A stretch of 64,000 nucleotides of DNA from Candidatus Shapirobacteria bacterium (GTDB lineage: Bacteria > Patescibacteriota > Microgenomatia > UBA12405): NCBI GenBank assembly GCA_041665485.1, contig JBAYIT010000001.1, positions 140,270 to 204,269 on the forward strand, written 5' to 3'. The position numbers and the translations under genes are program-made. A model generated the notes under the pieces. The model did no database searches, was not told the origin of the DNA, and saw only the letters and a list, made by a program, of their open reading frames with translations. Positions 54,375 through 63,579 of this stretch are shown in pieces. The number at the start of each line of letters is the position of its first letter. The first letter of the stretch is position 1.

Positions 54375-54650
54375 ATGCTAGGATATGTATATATTCTCGT
54401 GAGTGAGAAAAATGGTAGATATTATGTTGGTAGTAGCTTTGACCCAAAGAAGAGATTGGTTGAATTTCATAATTGTGGCAAAGTGAAGGCAACTAAATAT
54501 ATGACTCCATGGAAAATTGTTTTTGTCCAACAATATGAAGATGTTTCTATGGCTAGGAAAATCGAGCGTAGAATAAAAACCCTTAAATCAAGGAAAATCA
54601 TTGAAAAGATAATTGAGGATGGCAAATGTAATATAATAACTAGTGGTTAG
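54375..54650 (+). CDS. small stand-alone GIY-YIG nuclease-domain protein
   Basis: 91 aa; GYVYILVSEKNGRYYVGSS...RLVEFHN is the GIY-YIG core; lies 5 nt after tRNA-Ile and its last three codons run into a tRNA-derived fragment. Confidence 0.75.
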   Translation: MLGYVYILVSEKNGRYYVGSSFDPKKRLVEFHNCGKVKATKYMTPWKIVFVQQYEDVSMARKIERRIKTLKSRKIIEKIIEDGKCNIITSG

Positions 54651-54703
54651 AGCACTCCGACGTGACGTCGGAGGGGTCAATAGTTCGAGTCTATTATCAC
54701 CCA
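54643..54703 (+). repeat. partial tRNA 3' copy (D-loop to 3' end) with a replaced anticodon hairpin
   Basis: GGTTAGAGCAC + CTCCGACG-TGA-CGTCGGAG + GGGGTC-AATAG-TTCGAGT-CTATT-ATCACCC-A; T-arm and acceptor 3' strand are identical to tRNA-Ile; 35 nt (54647-54681) are identical to 54239-54273. Confidence 0.5.
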
Positions 54704-54828
54704 CAAGCAATTTTGCTCAAGCAAAATTGAAATTTTCAATTTCCAATAACCAATTTACAAAATAAAAATGAGAAAAATTGATTTTATAAAAACATTGGGG
54801 ATAGTAATGGCGGTGGTGTTGGTGGTAT

Positions 54829-56100
54829 TTGGGGGAATTGAAAATTTGTGGAGAACGATTAAAAGCATTAAGTATTAAATTAAGAATCAAGAACTTAGAG
54901 CTAAGAACTAAGATTTTTTTCTTTGTAATTTTGATCCTAGTGGTGATGGGAGGGGCGGGGTGGTGGTTTATGAGAGGAGAGGATGGGGGAATTTTGTCAC
55001 CTTTGGGAATGAAGAAACAAGAGAATGGCCTTAAAATAGTTGGTTTTTTGCCGACTTGGATGGTGGGCAAAACAAAAATCTATGGGGAAGAACTGGACAG
55101 GTTGGTATTTTTGGGAGTAGAAGTAAATGAAAAGGGAGATTTGGTTTGGGATGTTCAGGGAAAAAAGATAAATAATCCTGACTACCTTAAAATAAAGGAG
55201 GAGATTAAAAAGACAGGGGGCGAAAATATTTTGGGAGTGAAGTTGTTTAAAGACGAAAAACTGAAAAAGTTGATGGCTAGCAGTGAGGCGAGGGGGAGGC
55301 TAGTGGAGCAAGTAATGGCAGCAGTAGAGGCAGGTAATTTTGACGGGGTTAACCTTGATTTTGAGTATCAATATGACCCGCTGGCGGTGACGGAGGAAGT
55401 TTTTTTGGGATTAATTGCCGAAATGAGGGGGGCGGGGATTGAAAACATAAGCCTGGACGTGTTTGCTAACACAATTATTAAGAGCGGATATGAAAGACTC
55501 TTCAAGCTGGTGGGGGCGGTTGATGAGGTATTGGTGATGGCTTATGATTTTCACGCCAGTGGAAGTAGTAGCGCCGGGCCGGTGGCGCCATTGGGGGCAC
55601 CAACGGGTGAGAGAAGTATTTTGGAAGTGTTGGAGAAAATTGAAAGTAGCGGGGTGGATAAAAACAAAATAACGATTGCTTTGCCTTTATATGGCTACCA
55701 ATGGAAGACGGAAACGACCGAACTCGGATCACCGGCAACAGATTATGTGGCAATGTTGACTTATGCAAAAATGGGGGAATTTTTGCAGAGTGACGAGTTT
55801 TTAGGTAGAGTTAATCAAAATTGGGACGAATTGAGCGCCACGCCATGGATATGGCTCAAAAAGCAGGAGACAGTGAGCTGGAAAGAGAGGGTTAAAGTGG
55901 GAAAAGTGTGGAAAACGGTGGCAAAATCGAAACAGGTTGAGGTGATACATCAGGTTTATTACGAAGACCAGAGGAGCCTAATGGAAAAAATTAAGGCAAT
56001 TCGAGAGGCAGGAATAAATAGTATTGGCTTTTGGGCACTAGGGTATGAGGGAGAGACGAATTTGCTTGGTACAATAAGAAATGATCAAAACGATAATTGA
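54829..56100 (+). CDS. glycoside hydrolase family 18 (chitinase-like) protein with N-terminal membrane anchor
   Basis: GH18 catalytic motif FDGVNLDFEY (DxxDxDxE). Confidence 0.7.
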   Translation: MGELKICGERLKALSIKLRIKNLELRTKIFFFVILILVVMGGAGWWFMRGEDGGILSPLGMKKQENGLKIVGFLPTWMVGKTKIYGEELDRLVFLGVEVNEKGDLVWDVQGKKINNPDYLKIKEEIKKTGGENILGVKLFKDEKLKKLMASSEARGRLVEQVMAAVEAGNFDGVNLDFEYQYDPLAVTEEVFLGLIAEMRGAGIENISLDVFANTIIKSGYERLFKLVGAVDEVLVMAYDFHASGSSSAGPVAPLGAPTGERSILEVLEKIESSGVDKNKITIALPLYGYQWKTETTELGSPATDYVAMLTYAKMGEFLQSDEFLGRVNQNWDELSATPWIWLKKQETVSWKERVKVGKVWKTVAKSKQVEVIHQVYYEDQRSLMEKIKAIREAGINSIGFWALGYEGETNLLGTIRNDQNDN

Positions 56101-56752
56101 TTTCTTTTTGCATATTGATAAAAATTTGGCTTGGATAATTGGAGCCTTTGGGGGGTGGAGCTATGCCATATTATTTTTGGTTATTTTTGTGGAGACAGGG
56201 TTGGTGATAATGCCGTTTTTACCGGGTGATTCTTTGCTTTTTGCGGCGGGAGCCTTAACGGCTTCTTTGGGGGTATTTAATATATTTTTGTTGTGGGGAT
56301 TAATGATAATGGCGGCATTTGTTGGGGACACAGTCAATTATTGGATAGGACATACTATTGGGTCGAAAGCTTTTGACCCAAATTACAGGTTAAAAGTTTT
56401 CAGTTACGAGTTACGAGTTTCGAAAATACTGAAACCAGAATATTTAATCAAAGCGCAGGGATTTTATGATAAACATGGGGGGAAGGCGATAATACTGGCC
56501 CGTTTTGTGCCGATTGTGCGAACTTTTGCCCCATTTGTGGCCGGGGTGAGCAAAATGAGCTACCCTAAGTTTTTATCGTTTAATTTGGTGGGAGGAGCCC
56601 TGTGGGTGTCGGCGTTTGTGTGGGGAGGGTACTTGTTTGGAAATATACCATTGGTTAAGGATAATTTTCACTATTCAGTGGTTTTGATTGTGTTAATTTC
56701 GGTAGTGCCGATTGGGGTGGAGTGGGTGAAAAGTAGGAGGGCAAGAATTTAA
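56081..56752 (+). CDS. DedA-family (VTT domain) membrane protein
   Basis: LVIFVETGLVIMPFLPGDSLLFAAGAL signature; in-frame AGTTACGA repeat at 56395-56420. Confidence 0.8.
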   Translation: MIKTIIDFFLHIDKNLAWIIGAFGGWSYAILFLVIFVETGLVIMPFLPGDSLLFAAGALTASLGVFNIFLLWGLMIMAAFVGDTVNYWIGHTIGSKAFDPNYRLKVFSYELRVSKILKPEYLIKAQGFYDKHGGKAIILARFVPIVRTFAPFVAGVSKMSYPKFLSFNLVGGALWVSAFVWGGYLFGNIPLVKDNFHYSVVLIVLISVVPIGVEWVKSRRARI

Positions 56753-56816
56753 GAATCTGCGAATCTAGAATTTAGAAATAAGACTAAAGATTGGTGTAAA
56801 ATAGAGAAAATAAAAT

Positions 56817-57992
56817 ATGGTTGATAAAGGGGTAATTGAAACTGTTAGAGGACATGATGGTGTATTTCGACCGATTGGTGTGGTAGCCGAGAGTGGGGGA
56901 GTGGGAGAAGAGGAGTCGAGGTTGGCAAGGAGGGGTGCGTTTGTGGAAAGGTTAGTCGGAGAGAGATGTGGGAATCGAAGACCATATGGTGAAGAAGCCA
57001 TGCGGTTATTTAATTTAAGGAGGGAGTGGGAGGATAATTGTAAGAAGACTGGCTGTGTTGAACAATGGCGGTGGGGAGAGCCAAGATATTTACGGGCGGC
57101 GGTTGGCGACGGGGAGGCAGGAGAAGAAGGGGGTTGGCTGGATGAAGAGTATAAAAGGTATTTAACAGGGGTGGTTGGTGTAGAGCTAGTGGGGGAGAAA
57201 AAAGTTGTTTCTGGAAAACCATGGGAGGTGGCGGAGGCTCCGATTGACGGGCCTCGTTGGCGGAGAGTAGCAGAGCAGTTGGAACCGATTTTAAACCATT
57301 CATCCGGTGGAAGTAACTGTGTTCCAGAAGTAGCAACTTGGTGGGTGGCTTTAGCGAGAGGTGTGGACGGGACTGATAATTTGGAGAGATTAAGGAATGA
57401 GGTAATGGCAGATGTAGCTAGGGTTAGGCAAGATAGAAGCTTTACAAGGGGAAGATCTGATTGGTTGGATTCCAAATATCTTTATCGTGGATTAAGTGCA
57501 ACTATTGACGACAGTGGAGTTGGTCCGGGCAGACTGGGAGATACGATTCCGTATATAGATTTTTTGGGAACTAATGGTTTTTCTTGGCAAGAGCCGCAGG
57601 TTAAACAATTGGAAAGAGTAGTTAATTCGGCGGACGCTGGTAGGGTCATTTTGTCAAATTTTGCTGGGACACAAGAGCGATTTTGGGGACATCCAGTGAT
57701 AGCTTTAAATGTAATTAGTGAAATCGACGCTAGAGTAGTGATAACAAAGCCGGAGAATGAGTTTTTCAGAGAGGCAAAGTTTGGCCAACAGAGGGCACCG
57801 AGAGTAGGAGAAAAATGGACGTTAATTGGGGCACATTATGCGATGATAATAGGTTGGGACGAGAAACAGTTTATGGTGTTAGATCCACAGACGGGGATGG
57901 TTTTGGGAGTAAACAGAGATCTCTTTAACCAGAGACTGAAAGCTAGCGACTTAGTTTTGGATGGAGCAATTACGATTGATACAAGTAGATAG
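56817..57992 (+). CDS. hypothetical protein (soluble, Arg/Glu/Gly-rich)
   Basis: 391 aa with no recognisable domain. Confidence 0.45.
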   Translation: MVDKGVIETVRGHDGVFRPIGVVAESGGVGEEESRLARRGAFVERLVGERCGNRRPYGEEAMRLFNLRREWEDNCKKTGCVEQWRWGEPRYLRAAVGDGEAGEEGGWLDEEYKRYLTGVVGVELVGEKKVVSGKPWEVAEAPIDGPRWRRVAEQLEPILNHSSGGSNCVPEVATWWVALARGVDGTDNLERLRNEVMADVARVRQDRSFTRGRSDWLDSKYLYRGLSATIDDSGVGPGRLGDTIPYIDFLGTNGFSWQEPQVKQLERVVNSADAGRVILSNFAGTQERFWGHPVIALNVISEIDARVVITKPENEFFREAKFGQQRAPRVGEKWTLIGAHYAMIIGWDEKQFMVLDPQTGMVLGVNRDLFNQRLKASDLVLDGAITIDTSR

Positions 57993-58133
57993 AAAATAGC
58001 GAGTGATTTGGTGGGTTGATTATATTGAGATAATTAGATAGAATAGGTGCACTTGATGCTAGAAGGAGAAATAAAGTTTAACGGAATGGGGAGGGGGAGT
58101 ATCGCGTAGATTTTGTTTGGGAGAATGGAATTG

Positions 58134-58166
58134 GCCGAAGGCATCAAGCTTTCGGCATTTTTTTTG
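58134..58166 (+). terminator. Rho-independent terminator
   Basis: Hairpin GCCGAAGGCATCAAGCTTTCGGC followed by ATTTTTTTTG. Confidence 0.6.
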
Positions 58167-58246
58167 CCGAAAATCGTACATTAAATCAGGCTTGGGCCCG
58201 CCTACGTTGCACTACGGCGAGGTAAACCTGTGGCTTAGTCTAATGA

Positions 58247-58320
58247 TGGGCCCATGGCTCAGTTGGCTAGAGCACCTCATTTGCAATGAGGAGGTCAGGA
58301 GTTCGAGCCTCCTTGGGTCC
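58247..58320 (+). tRNA. tRNA-Ala (anticodon TGC)
   Basis: 74-nt cloverleaf: acceptor GGGCCCA/TGGGTCC with one G-U pair, anticodon arm CCTCA-TTTGCAA-TGAGG, T-arm AGGAG-TTCGAGC-CTCCT; G3:U70 Ala identity pair present. Confidence 0.85.
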
Positions 58321-58506
58321 ACAACAAGTTAAAAGTCCGAAAAGTGGAAAGTTAAAAAGTAGTTAGAAACAGAGGAAGTCAAACTTCCTCTGAACTGACT
58401 ACAACAGTACATTAACAATCTGTTGAATCGAAATTCCGAAGACACTTTGTCCGTGTCTTTGGAAAACTATTATTATCGAAACTAATAGGCCGGTAATAAT
58501 AGAGTT

Positions 58507-58527
58507 TTAGCGACTAAATTGAGTTGC
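58507..58527 (+). other. 5' half of the 23S processing stem (perfect 21-nt inverted repeat with 62109-62129)
   Basis: TTAGCGACTAAATTGAGTTGC versus GCAACTCAATTTAGTCGCTAA flanking the 23S gene; this is the classical RNase III processing-stem arrangement. Confidence 0.6.
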
Positions 58528-58699
58528 TAAATTGTTGATAAATTTTAATAAAGCAAATGGTGGATGCCTAGGTAGTCGAGACCGATGAAGGACGCAGAAG
58601 GCGGCGAAACAGATTGGGGAGTTGCCAACAAACGGTGATCCAATCAAATCCGAATGGAGAAATCCCGGCCCGAGCAATCGGGCTGAGCCACTGTTTCAC

Positions 58700-58835
58700 G
58701 GAGATAACAAATTACAAATCTACAAGTTCCAAGCAAATCACAAATTCAAAATTACAAGTTCCAGATGTTATATTTGAAATTTGTTTTTTGGAAATTGTTT
58801 GGAAATTGTTTTTTGTGAATTTGGAATTTCTGTGA
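58700..58835 (+). other. ORF-less intervening sequence / expansion in the 23S 5' domain (helix 9-10 region), built from AATTTCCAAACAAAT-type word repeats
   Basis: About 130 nt inserted between ...CACGGAGATAAC and GTGAAGCGGTGGC... where E. coli has a short helix; the two halves are roughly self-complementary. Confidence 0.5.
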
Positions 58836-59161
58836 AGCGGTGGCGGGTAAGCCGGGGAAGTGAAACATCTCAGTACCCGGAGGAAAAGAAATCGTATTCC
58901 GTCGTAAGACGGACATAGGAGATTCCGTTAGTAGCGGTGAGCGAAAACGGAAAAGCCCAAACCTGTCGCAAGACAGGGGTTGTAGGGTTTGGTATAAGGC
59001 ATTGAAAATCCAGAAAAACGTCCTGGAATGGGCGGCCAAAGAGGGTGAGAGCCCCGTATTTAAATGATAAGTAAATGCTGACCAAATACCTGAGTACTAC
59101 GGGACACGCGAAATGCCGTAGGAACCTGGGGAGACCAATCTCCAAGGCTAAATATCTCGAC

Positions 59162-59201
<40 letters not shown>

Positions 59202-59921
59202 ATACTGCAGATCGCAGGGTGAAATATATCTGAAACCATTTGCTAACAAACAGACAAAGCTCCGTAAGGGGTGATGTCGTGCCTATTGAAGAATGAGCCC
59301 GCGAGTGTTCTCAATTACCAAGTTTAATCCCCGATGGGGTGGAGGCGTAGCGAAAGCAAGTCTGAATAAGGCGATTAGGTAATTGGGGATGACCCGAAGC
59401 CACTTGAGCTAACCCTGGGCAGGGTGAACTTCGATGAAAATCGAAGGGAGGCCCGTACGGATCAGAGCTGCAAATCTGTCCGATGACTTGGGGTTAGGGG
59501 TAATATGCCAATCGAAAGTGGGAATAGCTGGCTCTCTCCGAAATATATATAGGTATAGCGCTTGGTGTTCAACGACGGGGGTAGAGCTACTGGATGAATG
59601 TTTTCAGCGCAAGCTGAGGCATTTAACCAAACTCCGAATACCGTTGTTCTAAGCCAGGCAGTCAGTCCGACCGGGCTAAGCTGGCCGGGCAAAAGGGGAA
59701 GACCCCAGACTCTCATCTAAGGTCTCTAAATCTATGCTAAGTGGGAAAGGTAGTGATTTTCCTCAGACAGGCAGGAGGTTGGCTCAGAAGCAGCCATCCT
59801 TTAAAGAAAGCGTAACAGCTCACTGTTCGATTTGTCCCGACGCAAGTTGGGACGGAGGAAGATTGCGCCGAAAATGTAACGAGGCTAAAGCATAGTACCG
59901 AAGGTGGAGAACTCGTCCTTT

Positions 59922-60062
59922 GGACGAGAAATTTCAATAATCAATAACCAATTTCCAAACAATAACCAATAACCAATTTCCAAATTTACAAACTTTTGTT
60001 TGTTATTTGAAATTTGTTATTTGTTTGGAACTTGTAGGTTTGTAATTTGGAATTTCCCGTCC
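59922..60062 (+). other. ORF-less intervening sequence at the helix-45 position of 23S, a known IVS site
   Basis: GGACGAGAAATTT...AATTTCCCGTCC form a terminal stem around about 115 nt of A/T-rich word repeats, inserted before the conserved CAGAGGATGGGTTGGTAGG. Confidence 0.55.
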
Positions 60063-61417
60063 AGAGGATGGGTTGGTAGGAGAGCGTTGTGGAGGCGGTG
60101 AAGGTTGGCTGTAAGGCTGGCTGGAGCGTCCACAAGTGAGAATGCGGGCATGAGTAGCGTAACTCTGGTGAGAATCCAGAGCGCCGAATATCCAAGGTTT
60201 CCTCAGCTACGTTGTTCGACTGAGGGTTAGGCGATCCTAACACGAACCTCGTATAATGCGGGGGTAGTGGACGGATAACCGGTTAATATTCCGGTCCTTT
60301 CTTGAATTCGTTTTAAGTTGGGGCATGACGACAAATGAAAGACTAGGTCTTGCAGTGAAATTGCAGGATTTAAGTATTAAGTTAGAAGGGGATTGGGAAA
60401 TCCGCCTCTTCGTTATAAAATGAAATACGAGTAGAAGTCTGGCGAAAGCCGGGCAATCTGGTTACGTTTATTTGTCCAAGAAAATTGTCGCAAATAGAAT
60501 TCAGGAAATTCGTACCAAAACCGACACTGGTGGATAGGTCGAGTAGACCAAGGCGATTGGAAGACAGATGGTTAAGGAACTTGGCAAATCAACTGGGCGT
60601 AAGTTTTACAAGATGCCCTGCCCCGATTAGTATCGGGGCTACAACAAAAGAATGCACGGCGACTGTTTACCACAAACACAGGTCCATGCAAACCCGTAAG
60701 GGGAAGTATATGGGCTGAAACCTGACCGGTGCCAGAAGGTTAAGAAGGCGGGTGATATCGCAAGATTGAGCCTGTTTTATAAGCCCTGGTGAACGTCAGC
60801 AGTAACTCTAACTGTTCTAAGGTAGCAAAGTCCTTTGTCGGGTAAGTTCCGACGCGTATGAAAGGTTTAACGACTGTGCAACTGTCTTAACTGTCTATCC
60901 AGCGAAATTGAAAGAGCGGTGAAGATGCCGTTTAGTTACTACAGGACAAAAAGACCCCATGAAGCTTTACTGGATCTTTACATTGATGAGAACTTAATGA
61001 TTGTCGAGCGTAGGAGGGAGCCTTCGGGCGTCAATGGAACACCTCCCTTTGTTAATTTCAAGTCTCACCTACTCCAATGGATGTTGGAGGGGAACCGTGT
61101 ATGGTTGCTAGTTTGCCTGGGGCAGGCACCTGCAAAAAAATAACGCGGGTACACAAAGGTCACCTTGGTCCGGCTAGAAATCGGACTATAAGTGCAAAAG
61201 CAAAAGGTGGCTTGACTGCGAGACATACTTGTCGAGGTCCCCGATTTATCGGGGGCATTTCAACCCAGTTTACTGTGTTGGAATCAGGGTCGAAAGACGG
61301 TTTTAGTGATCCTCGTGACCCACTGGTATGGGCACGGGCTTACTGGATAAAAGCTACTCTGGGGATAACAGGCTAGTCGCGTCCGATAGTTCATATTGAC
61401 GACGCGGTTCGGCACCT

Positions 61418-61699
61418 TAGCCAATTAAGGCTTATCGGGGTGGGCGGAAGTAATTCCGTTAGTCTGTTTTTTTTAATATCTAGCTCATAACGGTGAACGC
61501 TATATGCCAACACCGTGGGAAGTCCTCCGATGTGTTTCGGAGTGACCCCGTAACGACTTGTTGTTCGACGTCACGTCGAACACGGAGTCTTCTTTTTATT
61601 AAGGAGGCTAACACGCTAGCTCCTACTCTATCCGATGTTTATCGGATGACAAGAGGATGAAGGTATAGTCTAAAAATAACCTATTTATAGGTGAAATTG
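61418..61699 (+). mobile_element. candidate ORF-less group I intron in 23S, inserted after the U of GGCACCU (E. coli position ~2449)
   Basis: 282 nt interrupt ...CGGCACCT|...|CGATGTCGAC; the 5' exon ends in U and the insert ends in G; GGGGTG near the 5' end can pair with the exon CACCU (P1 with a U-G pair); AAGGTATAGTC resembles the conserved S/P7-3' element. Confidence 0.45.
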
Positions 61700-62240
61700 C
61701 GATGTCGACTTGGCGCATCCTGGCCTTGAAGAAGAGGCCAAGGGTTGGTCTGTTCGCCCATTAAAGCGCTGCGTTAGTTGGGTTCAGAGCGTCGCGAGAC
61801 AGCTCGGTCTCTATCCGTAGTAACCGTTCGATTCTTGAAGGGATTCACCTACAGTACGAGAGGACCTAGGTGAGGAAACCTCTAGTGGGCCAGTTGTTCC
61901 GTCAGGGGCAACGCTGGGTAGCTACGTTTCTATTTAGATAACTGCTGAAAGCATCTCAAGCAGGAAGCTGACCCTAAGATTAGGAATCGTTTTCCGAGCA
62001 ATCGGGATTAAGATCACCGGGAGACTACCGGTTTAATACTTTGGCGGTGGAAGGTCCGTAAGGATTTAAGCTTACCAAAGGATGGATCAAATAAATTTTT
62101 CAACAATTGCAACTCAATTTAGTCGCTAATATAGCGAAATCCTTGTTATGTTTTTTGAGTTCTGGCCAATGTGTGACCACGTTGGAGGAACTCAAAATTC
62201 CATAACTTCGGATTTTTTATTTTTAATAATTTGGTTTTTG

Positions 62241-62362
62241 GGTTCCGGTCATTGGAGCGATGTGGTACCACCTTTTCCCATTCCGAACAGAGAAGTGAAA
62301 CGCATCAGCGCTGACAATAGCTTCGGGGCAACTTGGAGTGAAAATAGGTCGTGACCGGAACC
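62241..62362 (+). rRNA. rrf: 5S ribosomal RNA
   Basis: Terminal helix GGTTCCGGTCA/TGACCGGAACC and conserved CCCATTCCGAACAGAGAAGT...GGTAGTG-like core. Confidence 0.85.
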
Positions 62363-62430
62363 GAGAAACCATGCGGGGAAGATTCAACAGATTGCATTTA
62401 TTCATTTATTTAGGGTAAACAATCCCGTTT

Positions 62431-62460
62431 ATCCCGAAGTAAATTTCGGGATTTTTATTT
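62431..62460 (+). terminator. Rho-independent terminator of the rRNA operon
   Basis: Hairpin ATCCCGAAGTAAATTTCGGGAT followed by TTTTTATTT. Confidence 0.6.
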
Positions 62461-62464
62461 AAAT

Positions 62465-63568
62465 ATGGCAAAAGTAAAAAAGGTAAGCAAAAAAAAGAAT
62501 GAGGCAATGACGATGGAGGAGTTGCTTTCGAATGAGAAAGTGGATTTGGTAGGACTTAAGAAAGGTCAGGAGTCTAAGGGAAGAATAACATCAATTAGGA
62601 GTAAGGCGATTTATATTGACGTTGGTGGAAAAACCGATGCGGTGGTGGCGGGAAAAGAATTTGAATTTGTTAAGGATTATGTTTCTGATTTAAAAACCGG
62701 AGACGAAATTGATGTTTTGATAAAACAGCCGGAAAACGATAAGGGCCAAATTTTAGTGTCGATTCGGGGAGCGGCTTCGGGTTATGGTTGGAACTATTTT
62801 AGCGAAAAAGAAAAATCGGGTGGAGAAGTGACAGTTTTTGCTAAGGAGCTAAACAGGGGTGGAGCGGTGGTGGTGGCTCCTTTTGGTTTCTTTGGATTTA
62901 TTCCAGGGAGTCAAATAGGTTCTAAATATGATGGAGACCCGGATAAGATGATTGGCAAAAAAGTGAAAGCCAAGGTGTTGGAGGTTGACCAAGCGAAAAA
63001 TAGATTGGTGTTTTCGGAGAGATTAGTGTCTGAGCCGGGAAAAGTGGGTGATGAAGCAAATGCAATTGAAGCCTTGGCTTTGGGTGATGAGTTCGAAGCA
63101 GATGTGGTTAGAGTTGAACCCTTTGGTGTTTTTGTAAGAATAGAGAAAGGAGAAATGAGACTTGAGGGACTGGTTCATATAAGTGAAATTTCTTGGGAGA
63201 AAGTTGAAAATGTTTCGAATATGTATAAACCAAAAGATAAAGTAGCAGTGAAGCTGATTAATAAAGATGATGGGAGGTTGCAATTTTCGATTAAGAGATT
63301 GCAATCTGATCCGTGGGAGAAGATTGAAGAAAGATATTCTAAAGACAAAGAAATTGATGGAGTGGTAACAAAAATTGCCAACTATGGAGCATTAGTTCGT
63401 CTGGAAAGCGGAATTGAGGGATTAGTGCATATTTCCAAATTGACATCGGGGATAAACTTTAAGGAAGGCGATAAACTTGAGGTTTACGTCGAATCTGTTG
63501 ATGTGGCCAAAAGAAAAATCTCTTTAGGACTAGTGGAGACAGATAAAAGTAGAGTAATTTACAAATAA
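62465..63568 (+). CDS. rpsA: 30S ribosomal protein S1-like (multiple S1 domains)
   Basis: 367 aa with four repeated S1-domain-like segments (G..V.G.V..I...G.FV). Confidence 0.7.
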   Translation: MAKVKKVSKKKNEAMTMEELLSNEKVDLVGLKKGQESKGRITSIRSKAIYIDVGGKTDAVVAGKEFEFVKDYVSDLKTGDEIDVLIKQPENDKGQILVSIRGAASGYGWNYFSEKEKSGGEVTVFAKELNRGGAVVVAPFGFFGFIPGSQIGSKYDGDPDKMIGKKVKAKVLEVDQAKNRLVFSERLVSEPGKVGDEANAIEALALGDEFEADVVRVEPFGVFVRIEKGEMRLEGLVHISEISWEKVENVSNMYKPKDKVAVKLINKDDGRLQFSIKRLQSDPWEKIEERYSKDKEIDGVVTKIANYGALVRLESGIEGLVHISKLTSGINFKEGDKLEVYVESVDVAKRKISLGLVETDKSRVIYK

Positions 63569-63579
63569 AACCGTTAACC

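Noticed and set aside
16040-57992. Idea that the large Arg/Glu/Gly-rich hypotheticals (16040, 16970, 21021, 33489, 56817) form one paralogous effector family with distinct codon usage
   Set aside because: I could not find shared motifs by eye, and their base composition is only mildly different from neighbours; without alignments this is not supportable, so they are annotated individually.
58117-58332. 71-aa ORF overlapping tRNA-Ala
   Set aside because: It is covered by a terminator hairpin and a well-folding tRNA-Ala cloverleaf.
60485-62405. Track ORFs 60485..60718, 60919..61143, 61077..61376, 62148..62354 and 62223..62405
   Set aside because: They lie inside the 23S and 5S rRNA genes and are not protein-coding.
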